The notes below the pieces were generated by a model. It did no database searches. It was not told the DNA's origin and was given only the letters and a program-made list of their open reading frames with translations. From Candidatus Omnitrophota bacterium (GTDB lineage: Bacteria; Omnitrophota; Omnitrophia; Omnitrophales; Aquincolibacteriaceae), in contig JAFGHI010000025.1 in NCBI GenBank assembly GCA_016930235.1, positions 16,437 through 80,436 on the forward strand: 64,000 nt of DNA, written 5' to 3'. How positions within the stretch are numbered: position 1 is the first letter of the stretch; each line of letters starts with the position of its first letter. Positions 9,587-18,934 of the stretch are shown piece after piece. The translations under genes were made by a program, and so were the position numbers.

Positions 9587-10790
9587 TTCCGGCCTTTAAC
9601 CTTTCTCCGAGAATCAGTTCCTCGGGACGAATCGTTGCGATCGCTCCGAAAATCGGAAGATCGAGTAGATTTCTCGCCTCTTCCAGATTCCGGATCGAGT
9701 TATCGCTCAGTTCGATCAGGTAAATGATGATGAGCCCCAAGGCCACTCCGACAATCAAGCCGCCGATAAAAAAGAGTGTCTTATTGGGTTTGACGGGCTC
9801 GAGCGGCAGCCTCGCCGGTTCCAAAATCCTGAATTTTGTCCCGCTTTCCGAATCTTCCAGCGTCTGGGACATTTTTGCCGTCTCCAGTTTCTGTAAAAGC
9901 CTTTGATAGATCTCGGCATTGACCGCATAATTTCTCTGCAGTTTCGCCAATTGCTGTTCCTGATAGGGCACGCTCGAGACCATTTTAGCGTATTGTTCGG
10001 GCTTGATTTCCAAGCCTTGGACTTCAGCCTGCGCCAAGAAAGCATCGCGCTGCTGTTCCAACTGGCCGATCATATTACGGACCTGAATCACACGCGGATG
10101 GGCCTCGGTGTTATCCACCAGCAGCTGATTCAATTCCATTTTTAAAGCCACAAGCTGTTCGTTCAGTCTCGTCGCAATCGGCAGCGAGGACATATACACC
10201 TCACGAAACTCCCGGAGGGCATTTTCGGATTCCTCAAGCTTCACCCGGTAAGTTTCGAGTTGATCGTCAATGAAACGAATCGCGCTGTTTGCTTCAAGAT
10301 CCGCAGAGGTAATATTCCCCCCAATAATGATGTCGGCCAGCGTCTTCACAATCAGTTGGGCCTTTTTCGGGTCCGGGCCCTCGTAGGAGATCGTAATCAT
10401 GTCCGCCCCGCGGAGTTTGATATCAATCTTCTTTCTAAGATTCCGAATAAGCCGATCCCTCTGGATGGGCGTAATTGCCTTCTTATCCAACACTAATTTC
10501 TCAATCAGCAAAGTCAGCCGCTCCCAAGATAAAAGTTCCTCCCGAAGCGTACTCATCCTTGCCCTCATCGAGGGTGAAATCGCAAGCCCGCGAATCAAAG
10601 GGTTCAAAATAGTCTCGCTTTCAACCAGGAGGACGGTCTCAGCCCTATAAATTTTGGGCAGCGTAAAAGCCATCAAAAGCGCAATGACGACCGATACAAT
10701 CAGGGCACCAAAAAACCACCCTTTATGCCGGACCCCCATGTAGTAATATTCCCTCAATCTTAATGTTTGTGTCATGTTGTTTAGATTCAT
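9576..10790 (-). CDS. Polysaccharide chain-length determinant (Wzz/GumC family)
   Basis: N- and C-terminal TM helices, coiled coil, TEAHPRV, ILEPARLP.EPVKPN. Confidence 0.85.
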   Translation of the reverse strand: MNLNNMTQTLRLREYYYMGVRHKGWFFGALIVSVVIALLMAFTLPKIYRAETVLLVESETILNPLIRGLAISPSMRARMSTLREELLSWERLTLLIEKLVLDKKAITPIQRDRLIRNLRKKIDIKLRGADMITISYEGPDPKKAQLIVKTLADIIIGGNITSADLEANSAIRFIDDQLETYRVKLEESENALREFREVYMSSLPIATRLNEQLVALKMELNQLLVDNTEAHPRVIQVRNMIGQLEQQRDAFLAQAEVQGLEIKPEQYAKMVSSVPYQEQQLAKLQRNYAVNAEIYQRLLQKLETAKMSQTLEDSESGTKFRILEPARLPLEPVKPNKTLFFIGGLIVGVALGLIIIYLIELSDNSIRNLEEARNLLDLPIFGAIATIRPEELILGERLKAGSGV

Positions 10791-10844
10791 GTGTTATCTA
10801 TCTCCTTAATTATGATTTCATATATTCATAAAAACTAAGCTTAA

Positions 10845-11040
10845 TAAATTCGAAATGCGAAACACGAAATCCGAAACAAATTCAAATATCGAAATTCAAA
10901 TAAAACCGAACGCTTCATTTCCTTAAATACAAACCGTATTACCTTCTTTTTTATCCACCGCCATATCGTTTTATACTTTTTCTTTTTTATTTCTAATTTC
11001 GAATTTGTTTCGTGCTTCGAAATTCGAATTTCGGATTTTC
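10845..11040. repeat. Class-1 inverted-arm element retaining a four helix bundle N-terminal stub
   Basis: Arms as at 8213-8746; interior on the minus strand reads ATG GCG GTG GAT AAA AAA GAA (MAVDKKE), compared with MAADKKE at 8672. Confidence 0.85.
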
Positions 11041-11064
11041 ATGAACGCGGTACGCGGTCCATGC

Positions 11065-11502
11065 TCAGTGTGTCAACGCACCCTTCCAATCCGAGTGGAG
11101 CTGGGAATAAATACAATAGTTTTCATGTAAACGATGAATGCGCTTGGACAATTCCTGATAGCCTCGAGTAAGCTGATCATATTCGGTTTTTTCGATATAC
11201 CCGCAGTTCAAGGCCAGACCTAAGCACACCAGAACATGATTGGCCGCACCGCACGCGTCTCTTAAATGTCTGCGAAGGACGGTTTCACGACGTCTTTTCG
11301 CCCAGCCTTCGGCGATATGGGCAGAAACACGCCTCGAACTATTCAAAGTTTGACTAAAAAGCGTGTGCCTTTCATAGTCTGGAAATTTCCGGACACATTT
11401 AAATATCTGGCCGGCCAAAGTCATACTGATTTTGTAACTTTCCAAATCCTCGAACCCGCCGATTTCCATCTCCGATGTCAATTCACTTTCACTCGTCATC
11501 AT
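11065..11502 (-). CDS. Four helix bundle protein (23S rRNA IVP-like), divergent
   Basis: FEDLESY...FPDYERHTLFSQ...SSRRVSAHIAEGW..R...HLRDACGAA...ALNCGYI. Confidence 0.85.
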   Translation of the reverse strand: MMTSESELTSEMEIGGFEDLESYKISMTLAGQIFKCVRKFPDYERHTLFSQTLNSSRRVSAHIAEGWAKRRRETVLRRHLRDACGAANHVLVCLGLALNCGYIEKTEYDQLTRGYQELSKRIHRLHENYCIYSQLHSDWKGALTH

Positions 11503-11507
11503 TTCGA

Positions 11508-11651
11508 TTACCCCTCAATCATGTTCCAAAGATTTAAGACAACCCGAAAGACCAGCTTGCCGCCCATTACAATAAGTGGCCAGATGATGAGATTACTATA
11601 GGCTCTCAAGATTGCTTCCCGGCCTCTCTTTAAACTATTCTTCTTTTTCAT
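11508..11651 (-). CDS. Small 47-aa putative membrane protein
   Basis: Hand translation MKKKNSLKRGREAILRAYSNLIIWPLIVMGGKLVFRVVLNLWNMIEG; AAGGAAG upstream; fills the operon gap. Confidence 0.45.
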   Translation of the reverse strand: MKKKNSLKRGREAILRAYSNLIIWPLIVMGGKLVFRVVLNLWNMIEG

Positions 11652-11719
11652 CGTCTTCCTTTTTCTTCTTGATTCGTTATTAGGCGCTGAAATTCTCTTC
11701 TGCTCCGGAAACGCATCAA

Positions 11720-12757
11720 TTAATCTCCCTTTAAATACCCGTCCTGGCCTCCATAAGCCAATTCGTAAACAGCCGAGGCCTGGAACAGCGGCCCGACCAA
11801 TCTTGAAAAGTTGTTCACAAACTTATCGAAATAACGCTGGTGAACAACAATAGTATCGCCGGGCATCAGCATGAAATCGTTCGCCGAATCCCCTTTGTAG
11901 AGCAATTCTTTTAAATTCACTTTCTTTTTCTCGGCTTCCCCGCTCTCGGTATACTGAGAAGGCCTTATCACATAAACCCGCTTCAAAGCCCCGTCATAAG
12001 TCGGCAGACCTGCCGCCACAACGGCCTCTTTCACCGTGATATTGTCACCCTTCATGGCAAATTTTCCGGGACGATTGACATATCCGAAGATATAGACGGC
12101 TTTACTCCGGTATTCGGAGATCATCACGGCCACTTCGGGATACCGGACAAACTTCTTGAGAGCGCTGACGACATCTGCCTTGAGTTCTTCCTTGGTCTTC
12201 CCTTCGGCCTTAATGTCACCCACAAAGTTGTATTGAATATTTCCCTCCGGATCGATCACAAATCGGCCAGAAAAGTCAGGCTGGTTGCGGACAATGACCG
12301 TCACGACATCATCAATCCCAAGGGTGTAATCAGATCCCTCCCCGATGACTTCGATATAGGGCGAATATTTTGAATAGGGCGAAACTTCAGAGGCCATAAA
12401 AGGATCCTGGTTGGCTGTCTGCTGACCCGGCGGCGGCGGTGTATATTGCGGCTGCCCCATGAATTGATATTGGGCCGACAAATTCCCCTGAGTGTAGGGA
12501 GAATTCATAAAGCTCGCGTATGGGGAAAATTGCGTTGAATAATTGGTACTGTAATTAACCGGCATCACATTCGAATACCCCGGTTGAGTATTCTGGGTCT
12601 GCATCTGTGACGGATCGTTTTCTCCCATATAGAGAAGATCCTCCGCAAAAACAGGGGCCGACAGGATGAATGCGATAAAAACTCCCAAAATGGCGATTTT
12701 AAATATTTTGCTTTGTGATTTCATTTCTTCTTTCCTAACCTTTCGATAATTTTTCAA
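11720..12757 (-). CDS. wza: Polysaccharide export protein (Wza/Poly_export + SLBB)
   Basis: Signal peptide; YTLGIDDVVTVIV, IDPEGNI, VGDIKAEGKT, VYIFGYVNRPG, LMPGDTIVV; alternative ATG at 12724. Confidence 0.85.
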   Translation of the reverse strand: MKNYRKVRKEEMKSQSKIFKIAILGVFIAFILSAPVFAEDLLYMGENDPSQMQTQNTQPGYSNVMPVNYSTNYSTQFSPYASFMNSPYTQGNLSAQYQFMGQPQYTPPPPGQQTANQDPFMASEVSPYSKYSPYIEVIGEGSDYTLGIDDVVTVIVRNQPDFSGRFVIDPEGNIQYNFVGDIKAEGKTKEELKADVVSALKKFVRYPEVAVMISEYRSKAVYIFGYVNRPGKFAMKGDNITVKEAVVAAGLPTYDGALKRVYVIRPSQYTESGEAEKKKVNLKELLYKGDSANDFMLMPGDTIVVHQRYFDKFVNNFSRLVGPLFQASAVYELAYGGQDGYLKGD

Positions 12758-12960
12758 GACTCATAAACCGTGCTCACGATCTGCTGAAGGGCCTCGAGAT
12801 CTTCTTCCAGATAGATCCGCCAGCCTTTCCAGTCGCGCTTCGGTTTGCGTATTCTTCCGGCCTTTTCCCACCGAATGATGGTTTTGGCCGTGACGCCGAC
12901 TTTCTCGGCAACCTCAGTTATTGTCATTCTCTCTTCAATCACGCTCGTTTCCTCCATCAA
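12754..12960 (-). CDS. Small MerR-type HTH DNA-binding protein
   Basis: TITEVAEKVGVTAKTIIRWEKAG.I..P.RD..GWRIY; no effector domain. Confidence 0.85.
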   Translation of the reverse strand: MMEETSVIEERMTITEVAEKVGVTAKTIIRWEKAGRIRKPKRDWKGWRIYLEEDLEALQQIVSTVYES

Positions 12961-13000
12961 TATGATCCTTTAATGAGACTTGGTTAAACCTAACAAAACT

Positions 13001-13054
13001 GTCATACCTTTTCGCCGAACGTCCTACTCTGTCCGGGTAAGTCCTAGTATGTAC
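13001..13054. promoter_or_regulatory. 10-bp-phased GTC(C/A) repeats, putative operator
   Basis: gtca at 13001; gtcc at 13021, 13031, 13041; gtac at 13051; upstream of the MerR-like gene. Confidence 0.5.
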
Positions 13055-13296
13055 ACATTCCATGCCAACAATTATCTGACATTATTATTTGATCTGTCAT
13101 TGATCCCAATTCATTGGTAAAATTGATGATACAATGTTGAGAATTTACTTGGGTCGGAACTTTTATAATAGATTTCATTAGCGGTTAGACCTTCATTTGT
13201 CTGAACAAAAATCTTTGCATTTTCATAACATGTTGTCATATAATAAGTTACAAATGTTGCCATTTCTAGACAACATAGCTATCAGGGTAAGGTTGA

Positions 13297-14847
13297 ATGA
13301 ATCATAGCGTTCCATTTTTTCACGCCACATTTCAAAATGGGAAAACCATTACTCGCGGTATTTCCCATTGTAATTTAGGTCATAAAATTCCCATCGGTAC
13401 TGACCGCATAGATGGGATATACGTCGACTGGAATTGGGATGGTCAAAGACTAGAAGTCAAAAATGACCTATATGGATTTTATCCGCTTTATGTTTACCAT
13501 GATCAAAACGAGATATGCATCTCGCCATCGATTGTCAAATTGCTCGCCGAAGGCGCAAAACGGGATCTTAATTGGCCTGCCCTGGGCGTTTTTATGCGGG
13601 CGGGATTTTTCATTAAAGACGATACCCCCTTCCGCTACATCCGCGCATTGCCACCAAATGCCAAATTTCTTTGGGGAAATGGCAAACTCAAAATTTCTGG
13701 ATCTTACACTCTAAGGGATGAAAATAAGCTGACTCTTTCTCAAGCCTTAGACGACTACATTGATCTTTTCCGGCAAGCCATAAAGCGAAGATTACCCCGA
13801 AACCGCGAGTGTTTTCTACCATTAAGCGGAGGCCGGGATTCGCGGCATATACTTTTTGAACTTCTAAAAAACGGCATTCGACCTCAATCATGCATTACTG
13901 TCGAACATTACACGCAGGGCTCTAATGAAGATGCGCGCATCGCCCAACTGCTAGCGTCAACATTCAGCCTAAAACACATTTTGCTCCGGCAAACCGTTCC
14001 TTTTTTTAATTCAGAGTACAGGAAAAATTTTCTTACGAATATGTGCACGGATGAACACACGCATTTCTTAATCATGGCGGACATACTCGCCAACTCTAAC
14101 CACGCTATCTACGATGGCATCGGAGGCGATATCTTGACCTCAAGTCGGACGCTTTCAAACACGATTCTACAACTATTCCGTTCAAGAAATTTCAGGGAAT
14201 TATCTAATCTCATTTTTCGATGCGACGAAAACCTTTTAAAATGGCTGCTGAGAAGAAATATCTACTCAAAGATGAATCGTGAATCAGCTATCGAGTACCT
14301 CACGACAGAGCTTGAGCAGCATACGGATGTTCCAAATCCCCCCGGATCGTTTTATTTCTGGAATCGCACACGAAGAGAAATTTCACTTTCCAGCTATGCC
14401 CTCTGCGGTTTTAACTCGCTCATTCATATGCCTTATATTGATTATGATCTTTTCAATTTCTTGGCCGGGATACCTACTTCTTTGCTTCTCAACCAAGATT
14501 TTCATACACGCGCCATTAGCCGCGCTTTTCCTGAATTCGATAACATTCCCTACCAGGATAAAACCGTTAAAGATGTTGACCGCGAAAGTCTCCAGGATCG
14601 GTTTTTCTATGACGTCCTGGCCTATTTGATGCGATATCCATTTTATAAGACTGAGATGCTCCAACTTGAGTCCTTAATCCCTCGATGCCTTCACGCGTTG
14701 ATCAGCCCTTCCAAACGACGCGACAGCATATGGTTTACAAAACCATTACTCTATCTCCTGCAGCTTGAAGAGTTGGCGACGAAACCGGCAGTGATTTCCA
14801 ACGCCTTACGAATCGTTGAGCGCCGAGATACCGTCAAGACAACTTGA
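13297..14847 (+). CDS. Asparagine-synthase-related (amidotransferase-like) protein
   Basis: ND.YGFYPLY, LPLSGGRDSR (PP-loop), YDGIGGDIL, MPYIDYDL; no N-terminal Cys. Confidence 0.75.
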   Translation: MNHSVPFFHATFQNGKTITRGISHCNLGHKIPIGTDRIDGIYVDWNWDGQRLEVKNDLYGFYPLYVYHDQNEICISPSIVKLLAEGAKRDLNWPALGVFMRAGFFIKDDTPFRYIRALPPNAKFLWGNGKLKISGSYTLRDENKLTLSQALDDYIDLFRQAIKRRLPRNRECFLPLSGGRDSRHILFELLKNGIRPQSCITVEHYTQGSNEDARIAQLLASTFSLKHILLRQTVPFFNSEYRKNFLTNMCTDEHTHFLIMADILANSNHAIYDGIGGDILTSSRTLSNTILQLFRSRNFRELSNLIFRCDENLLKWLLRRNIYSKMNRESAIEYLTTELEQHTDVPNPPGSFYFWNRTRREISLSSYALCGFNSLIHMPYIDYDLFNFLAGIPTSLLLNQDFHTRAISRAFPEFDNIPYQDKTVKDVDRESLQDRFFYDVLAYLMRYPFYKTEMLQLESLIPRCLHALISPSKRRDSIWFTKPLLYLLQLEELATKPAVISNALRIVERRDTVKTT

Positions 14848-14928
14848 TGAGATTGATTTATTTTAAAAACGGACACGCCGCTTTGAGAAATCTACAAAGG
14901 CTTCGGAAGGCTTAACTCATTCTATGAA

Positions 14929-15993
14929 TCAGGAATTAGGAATTAAAACCGCATATCCCCGATCGAGGAGTATCTGATTTAAATAGATCAGGCGGTTTGA
15001 TCCCTTTTTAGAATAGAAGATGTCCACGACGTAGCGGCCCCACTTGCCTTTCCTGCCGGAAACATTGGATTTGACGGTGAGATATTCGGCCTGCGCGAGT
15101 TCGGACTCCACAAACTTTTTGGCCGCTCGGCCTTCCGATGTCTTCACTTCCGGGCAATCGATCCCCTTCAAACGGAACTTGTCGGTGAACCGGTGACCGA
15201 ATCCCAAATGGAGTTCGAGCTTGAGTGTGTCACCGTCAATCACCTTTTCCACATAAGCTTTATAGGTGTAAAGCGGCGGATCGTTGGCATCAGCCCCAAG
15301 ATCAAACTGTACGGGAGCTTTTTCGAGCCGGTACTTGCCTTTTTTATCTTTCACGCTCGAGACAATCAAACCCTCGACAAATTTGACACCGGGGAAAATC
15401 CCCGCCTCCAAACGCTGCGAAAATCCAAGATCCAGAAGGAGTTCATTTTTTTGCGAGTGAATATTTTGACGCTTCACGACCGAATACGTCTCAAAACTCC
15501 CAAGACAGACAAGCGGCAGCCTTGCCTTCGATAGATCTGCCTTCTTTAAGATGTGACTGACCTTGGATTGAAGCTCCTCGCATGTCCATTCCTCTTTCAC
15601 GGCTTGCTCCGTCAAACGCAAACGTGCTTTATTATCCCCAACAGCCATGAGGATTCGATAATGTGTCCAGTTCAATTCCGACCGTACGGTCGGAATCTGG
15701 GGGTAGGTCCGATAAAATTGGAGTGTCCGCTCCAGGAGCCGTGTGTTCAGTCCGAGATCTCCGGCAAGACGCTGAAGCACACGGTTTCCGTAATCCGCGC
15801 GTTCTTGATGATGCAGGAAATGTTCGTGAATGTAACGGCCGGTACGCCAGTAGGTTTCGACCTTGAGCCGTTCAATCTCTCGCCGCCCCTGAATGAGGGT
15901 CTCCCGGATGAGAGCGAGTAAGCCCGAGTAGGTTTCGCTACCGGGTTTGACCCCGGACTCACTCTTGCGTTCAAGTGTTCTTACCTCAGCCAT
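14929..15993 (-). CDS. DUF1016(YhcG)-N-terminal + thermonuclease (SNase-like) fusion
   Basis: YWRTGRYI...ADYG..VL.RLA.DL...FYRTYP...LNWTHYRIL, then KVIDGDTL, RLKGIDCPE, KWGRYVVDI, LNQILLDRGYA; start moved to ATG 15993 after GGAGGT. Confidence 0.8.
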   Translation of the reverse strand: MAEVRTLERKSESGVKPGSETYSGLLALIRETLIQGRREIERLKVETYWRTGRYIHEHFLHHQERADYGNRVLQRLAGDLGLNTRLLERTLQFYRTYPQIPTVRSELNWTHYRILMAVGDNKARLRLTEQAVKEEWTCEELQSKVSHILKKADLSKARLPLVCLGSFETYSVVKRQNIHSQKNELLLDLGFSQRLEAGIFPGVKFVEGLIVSSVKDKKGKYRLEKAPVQFDLGADANDPPLYTYKAYVEKVIDGDTLKLELHLGFGHRFTDKFRLKGIDCPEVKTSEGRAAKKFVESELAQAEYLTVKSNVSGRKGKWGRYVVDIFYSKKGSNRLIYLNQILLDRGYAVLIPNS

Positions 15994-16282
15994 CTTACTT
16001 ACCTCCTGGAAGGAATGCCGCCTGAGTCTTGATTGAGGCATATTTTACTCTAGCCTGCACGGTCGAATAAAGATCTTTTATTCCCTTCAGATAGAACAGA
16101 CTATCGTTAAAGACTGAAACAAAATAAAGGTTGGGGGCAAAATTGGCAGCCGAAAAAAATAGGCTCTTTAGCGACACACGAAGCACCCTTCGAGACATCG
16201 ATTTAACAACAACCGTAAAAACTCTACGCCGTACGCAACGCTTTGGTCATCAAAAGAAATTGTTTAATTGCAAGACTAAAAC

Positions 16283-16322
16283 AAAAAACCGCAGGCCGGA
16301 TTTTGCATCCAGCCTGCGGTTT
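16283..16322 (-). terminator. Rho-independent terminator of gap
   Basis: Minus strand aaaccgcaggctggat-gcaaa-atccggcctgcggtttttt: stem-loop plus T tract. Confidence 0.8.
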
Positions 16323-16351
16323 CTAGGTTAAGGCTCTCGATCTTTTTTAAA

Positions 16352-17413
<1,062 letters not shown>

Positions 17414-17478
17414 CTAGAGAGCTCAGTCTGTGGGGGCAGAGTCACGTCTAAGCGGTCGTGATTACAGATTAGTGGGAC

Positions 17479-17506
17479 ATTATAGAGACTATTTAAGGGC
17501 TGTCAA
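17479..17506 (-). promoter_or_regulatory. Sigma70 promoter for gap
   Basis: Perfect hexamers TTGACA-N16-TATAAT on the minus strand. Confidence 0.75.
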
Positions 17507-17536
17507 GGGGGGTAATCGAGGAGCGCTGGGAACCGC

Positions 17537-17812
17537 GATTTGCGATTTTGGATTTTAGATTTTGGATTGCGGATTGCCCGTTTGGGCGAAAATCCGAAGT
17601 ATGAAGTTCGAGGTACGAAGTAAGAGGTAAGATGTATGAAATTTCGGATTTGGGATTTTGGATTTTAGATTTTGGATTGCGGATTGCCCGTTTGGGCGAA
17701 TTTAACCCCTCACCCTTTCCCTCTCCCCTTTGGGGAGAGGGCAGAGATGAGGTGATAAATTTGCCTAAGCGTATAATCGAAAATCCAAAATCCGCACTCC
17801 CAAATCTAAAAT
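17537..17812. repeat. Composite repeat region: class-2 (GATT/AATC 7-mer) arms, class-3 (GAAGTA) arm, 47-bp direct repeat and REP-like hairpin
   Basis: Exact 47-bp repeat at 17544-17590 and 17654-17700; CCCCTCACCCTTTCCCTCTCCCC-ttt-GGGGAGAGGG hairpin at about 17706-17753; closing arm at about 17760-17812. Confidence 0.8.
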
Positions 17813-17827
17813 GGGCCTCTTAACACT

Positions 17828-18934
17828 CTAGCCTACCACTTCTTGATAAACCCCGAATATCTCTCCGGCCACCCGAGTCAGAGTAAACCGTTCGGTTACA
17901 AGTTTCCGCGCCTCGCCGATGAGCTTCCGGCGAATCCCGCCCTCATCTAAAATTACCCGCGCTAAAGCTTTTTCAAGGGCGTCTTCATCCTTCGGAGGGA
18001 CTAGGAGACCGGTTTTTTCGTTTTCGACAATTTTATCCAGTGCCGGGATGGCCGTCAAAACAACGGGCTTCCGGCAGGCCATTGCCTCGGCTATCGTCAG
18101 CCCGAAACCTTCGCGATAAGTGGGGGTAAATGCAAATAGATCGATCGCCGCATAAACCTCCGTCACGTCACTTAAATTCCCCAAAAAGACAACATGTTCT
18201 TCCAGTCGGAGATCCCTGACCAGGTTCTCTAATGCCTGCCGATAGGTTCCCTCTCCGGCAATAAGTAGTTTTAAATTTTGGAATTTTCTCCTTAAGTCCT
18301 TGACCGCGCGGATCAGGTAGGAGTGTCCTTTATCTTCGACAATTCGCGAGACGACACCGATAACCGTATCGGTGGGCTCAAAACCGTAGGAACGCTTAAG
18401 TTCACTGGCGTCCTTTTCCCCCATCCGTTCATCCAGCTCCTCGACATCAACACCGTTTTCGACTAAGCGAATTTTCGACTCCTCCACGTGAAAAGTCTCT
18501 CTTAACATCACACGCACCGGATCACTGATGGCAATGACCCGATTGCCCCATGCCGGATGTAAACGCCTGCCCAACCGCGGTTTGTAAAATCCGTGGCACG
18601 TTGTCACATAAGGAATGCCGGTCAACACATGGATCCACGATGCCAAAACCTCGGTCACACGCGTATGCGCATGAAGGAGATCGATCTTTTCCCCTTGGAT
18701 CATTCGAATTATTCCAGGCAGATTCCAATAAATCTTCGGATTCAATTCACTTTTGGTCCGGATCGGAAAGACCCAGGTCTTAAAACCTTCCTTTTCGAAT
18801 TCATTAAGGGCCGTGCCGCCGCTCGATAAAAATTGAGTTTCAACACCATATTTCCGGAGTCCTTGAGAAAGCTTGAAGACATAAACCGTAATCCCGCCCG
18901 TATTAAGGTGAGTCGTGAGGTGCAGGACTTTCAT
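17828..18934 (-). CDS. GT4 glycosyltransferase
   Basis: MKVLHL...GGI, HAH, VSRIVEDKGH, EGFGLTIAEAMACRKPVV; ATGA overlap with fmt. Confidence 0.9.
   Translation of the reverse strand: MKVLHLTTHLNTGGITVYVFKLSQGLRKYGVETQFLSSGGTALNEFEKEGFKTWVFPIRTKSELNPKIYWNLPGIIRMIQGEKIDLLHAHTRVTEVLASWIHVLTGIPYVTTCHGFYKPRLGRRLHPAWGNRVIAISDPVRVMLRETFHVEESKIRLVENGVDVEELDERMGEKDASELKRSYGFEPTDTVIGVVSRIVEDKGHSYLIRAVKDLRRKFQNLKLLIAGEGTYRQALENLVRDLRLEEHVVFLGNLSDVTEVYAAIDLFAFTPTYREGFGLTIAEAMACRKPVVLTAIPALDKIVENEKTGLLVPPKDEDALEKALARVILDEGGIRRKLIGEARKLVTERFTLTRVAGEIFGVYQEVVG

Noticed and set aside
6334-11502. Diversity-generating retroelement (because FHB resembles bAvd)
   Set aside because: No reverse transcriptase and no TR/VR pair with adenine-specific differences seen in the window.
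13050-13070. Sigma54 promoter (TTGGCATGAATGTGTA on the minus strand)
   Set aside because: The -24 element fits, but the conserved GC is missing at the required spacing.
17544-17700. 47-bp direct repeat as a CRISPR array
   Set aside because: Only two copies, the 'spacer' is itself a heptamer repeat, and no cas genes are present.
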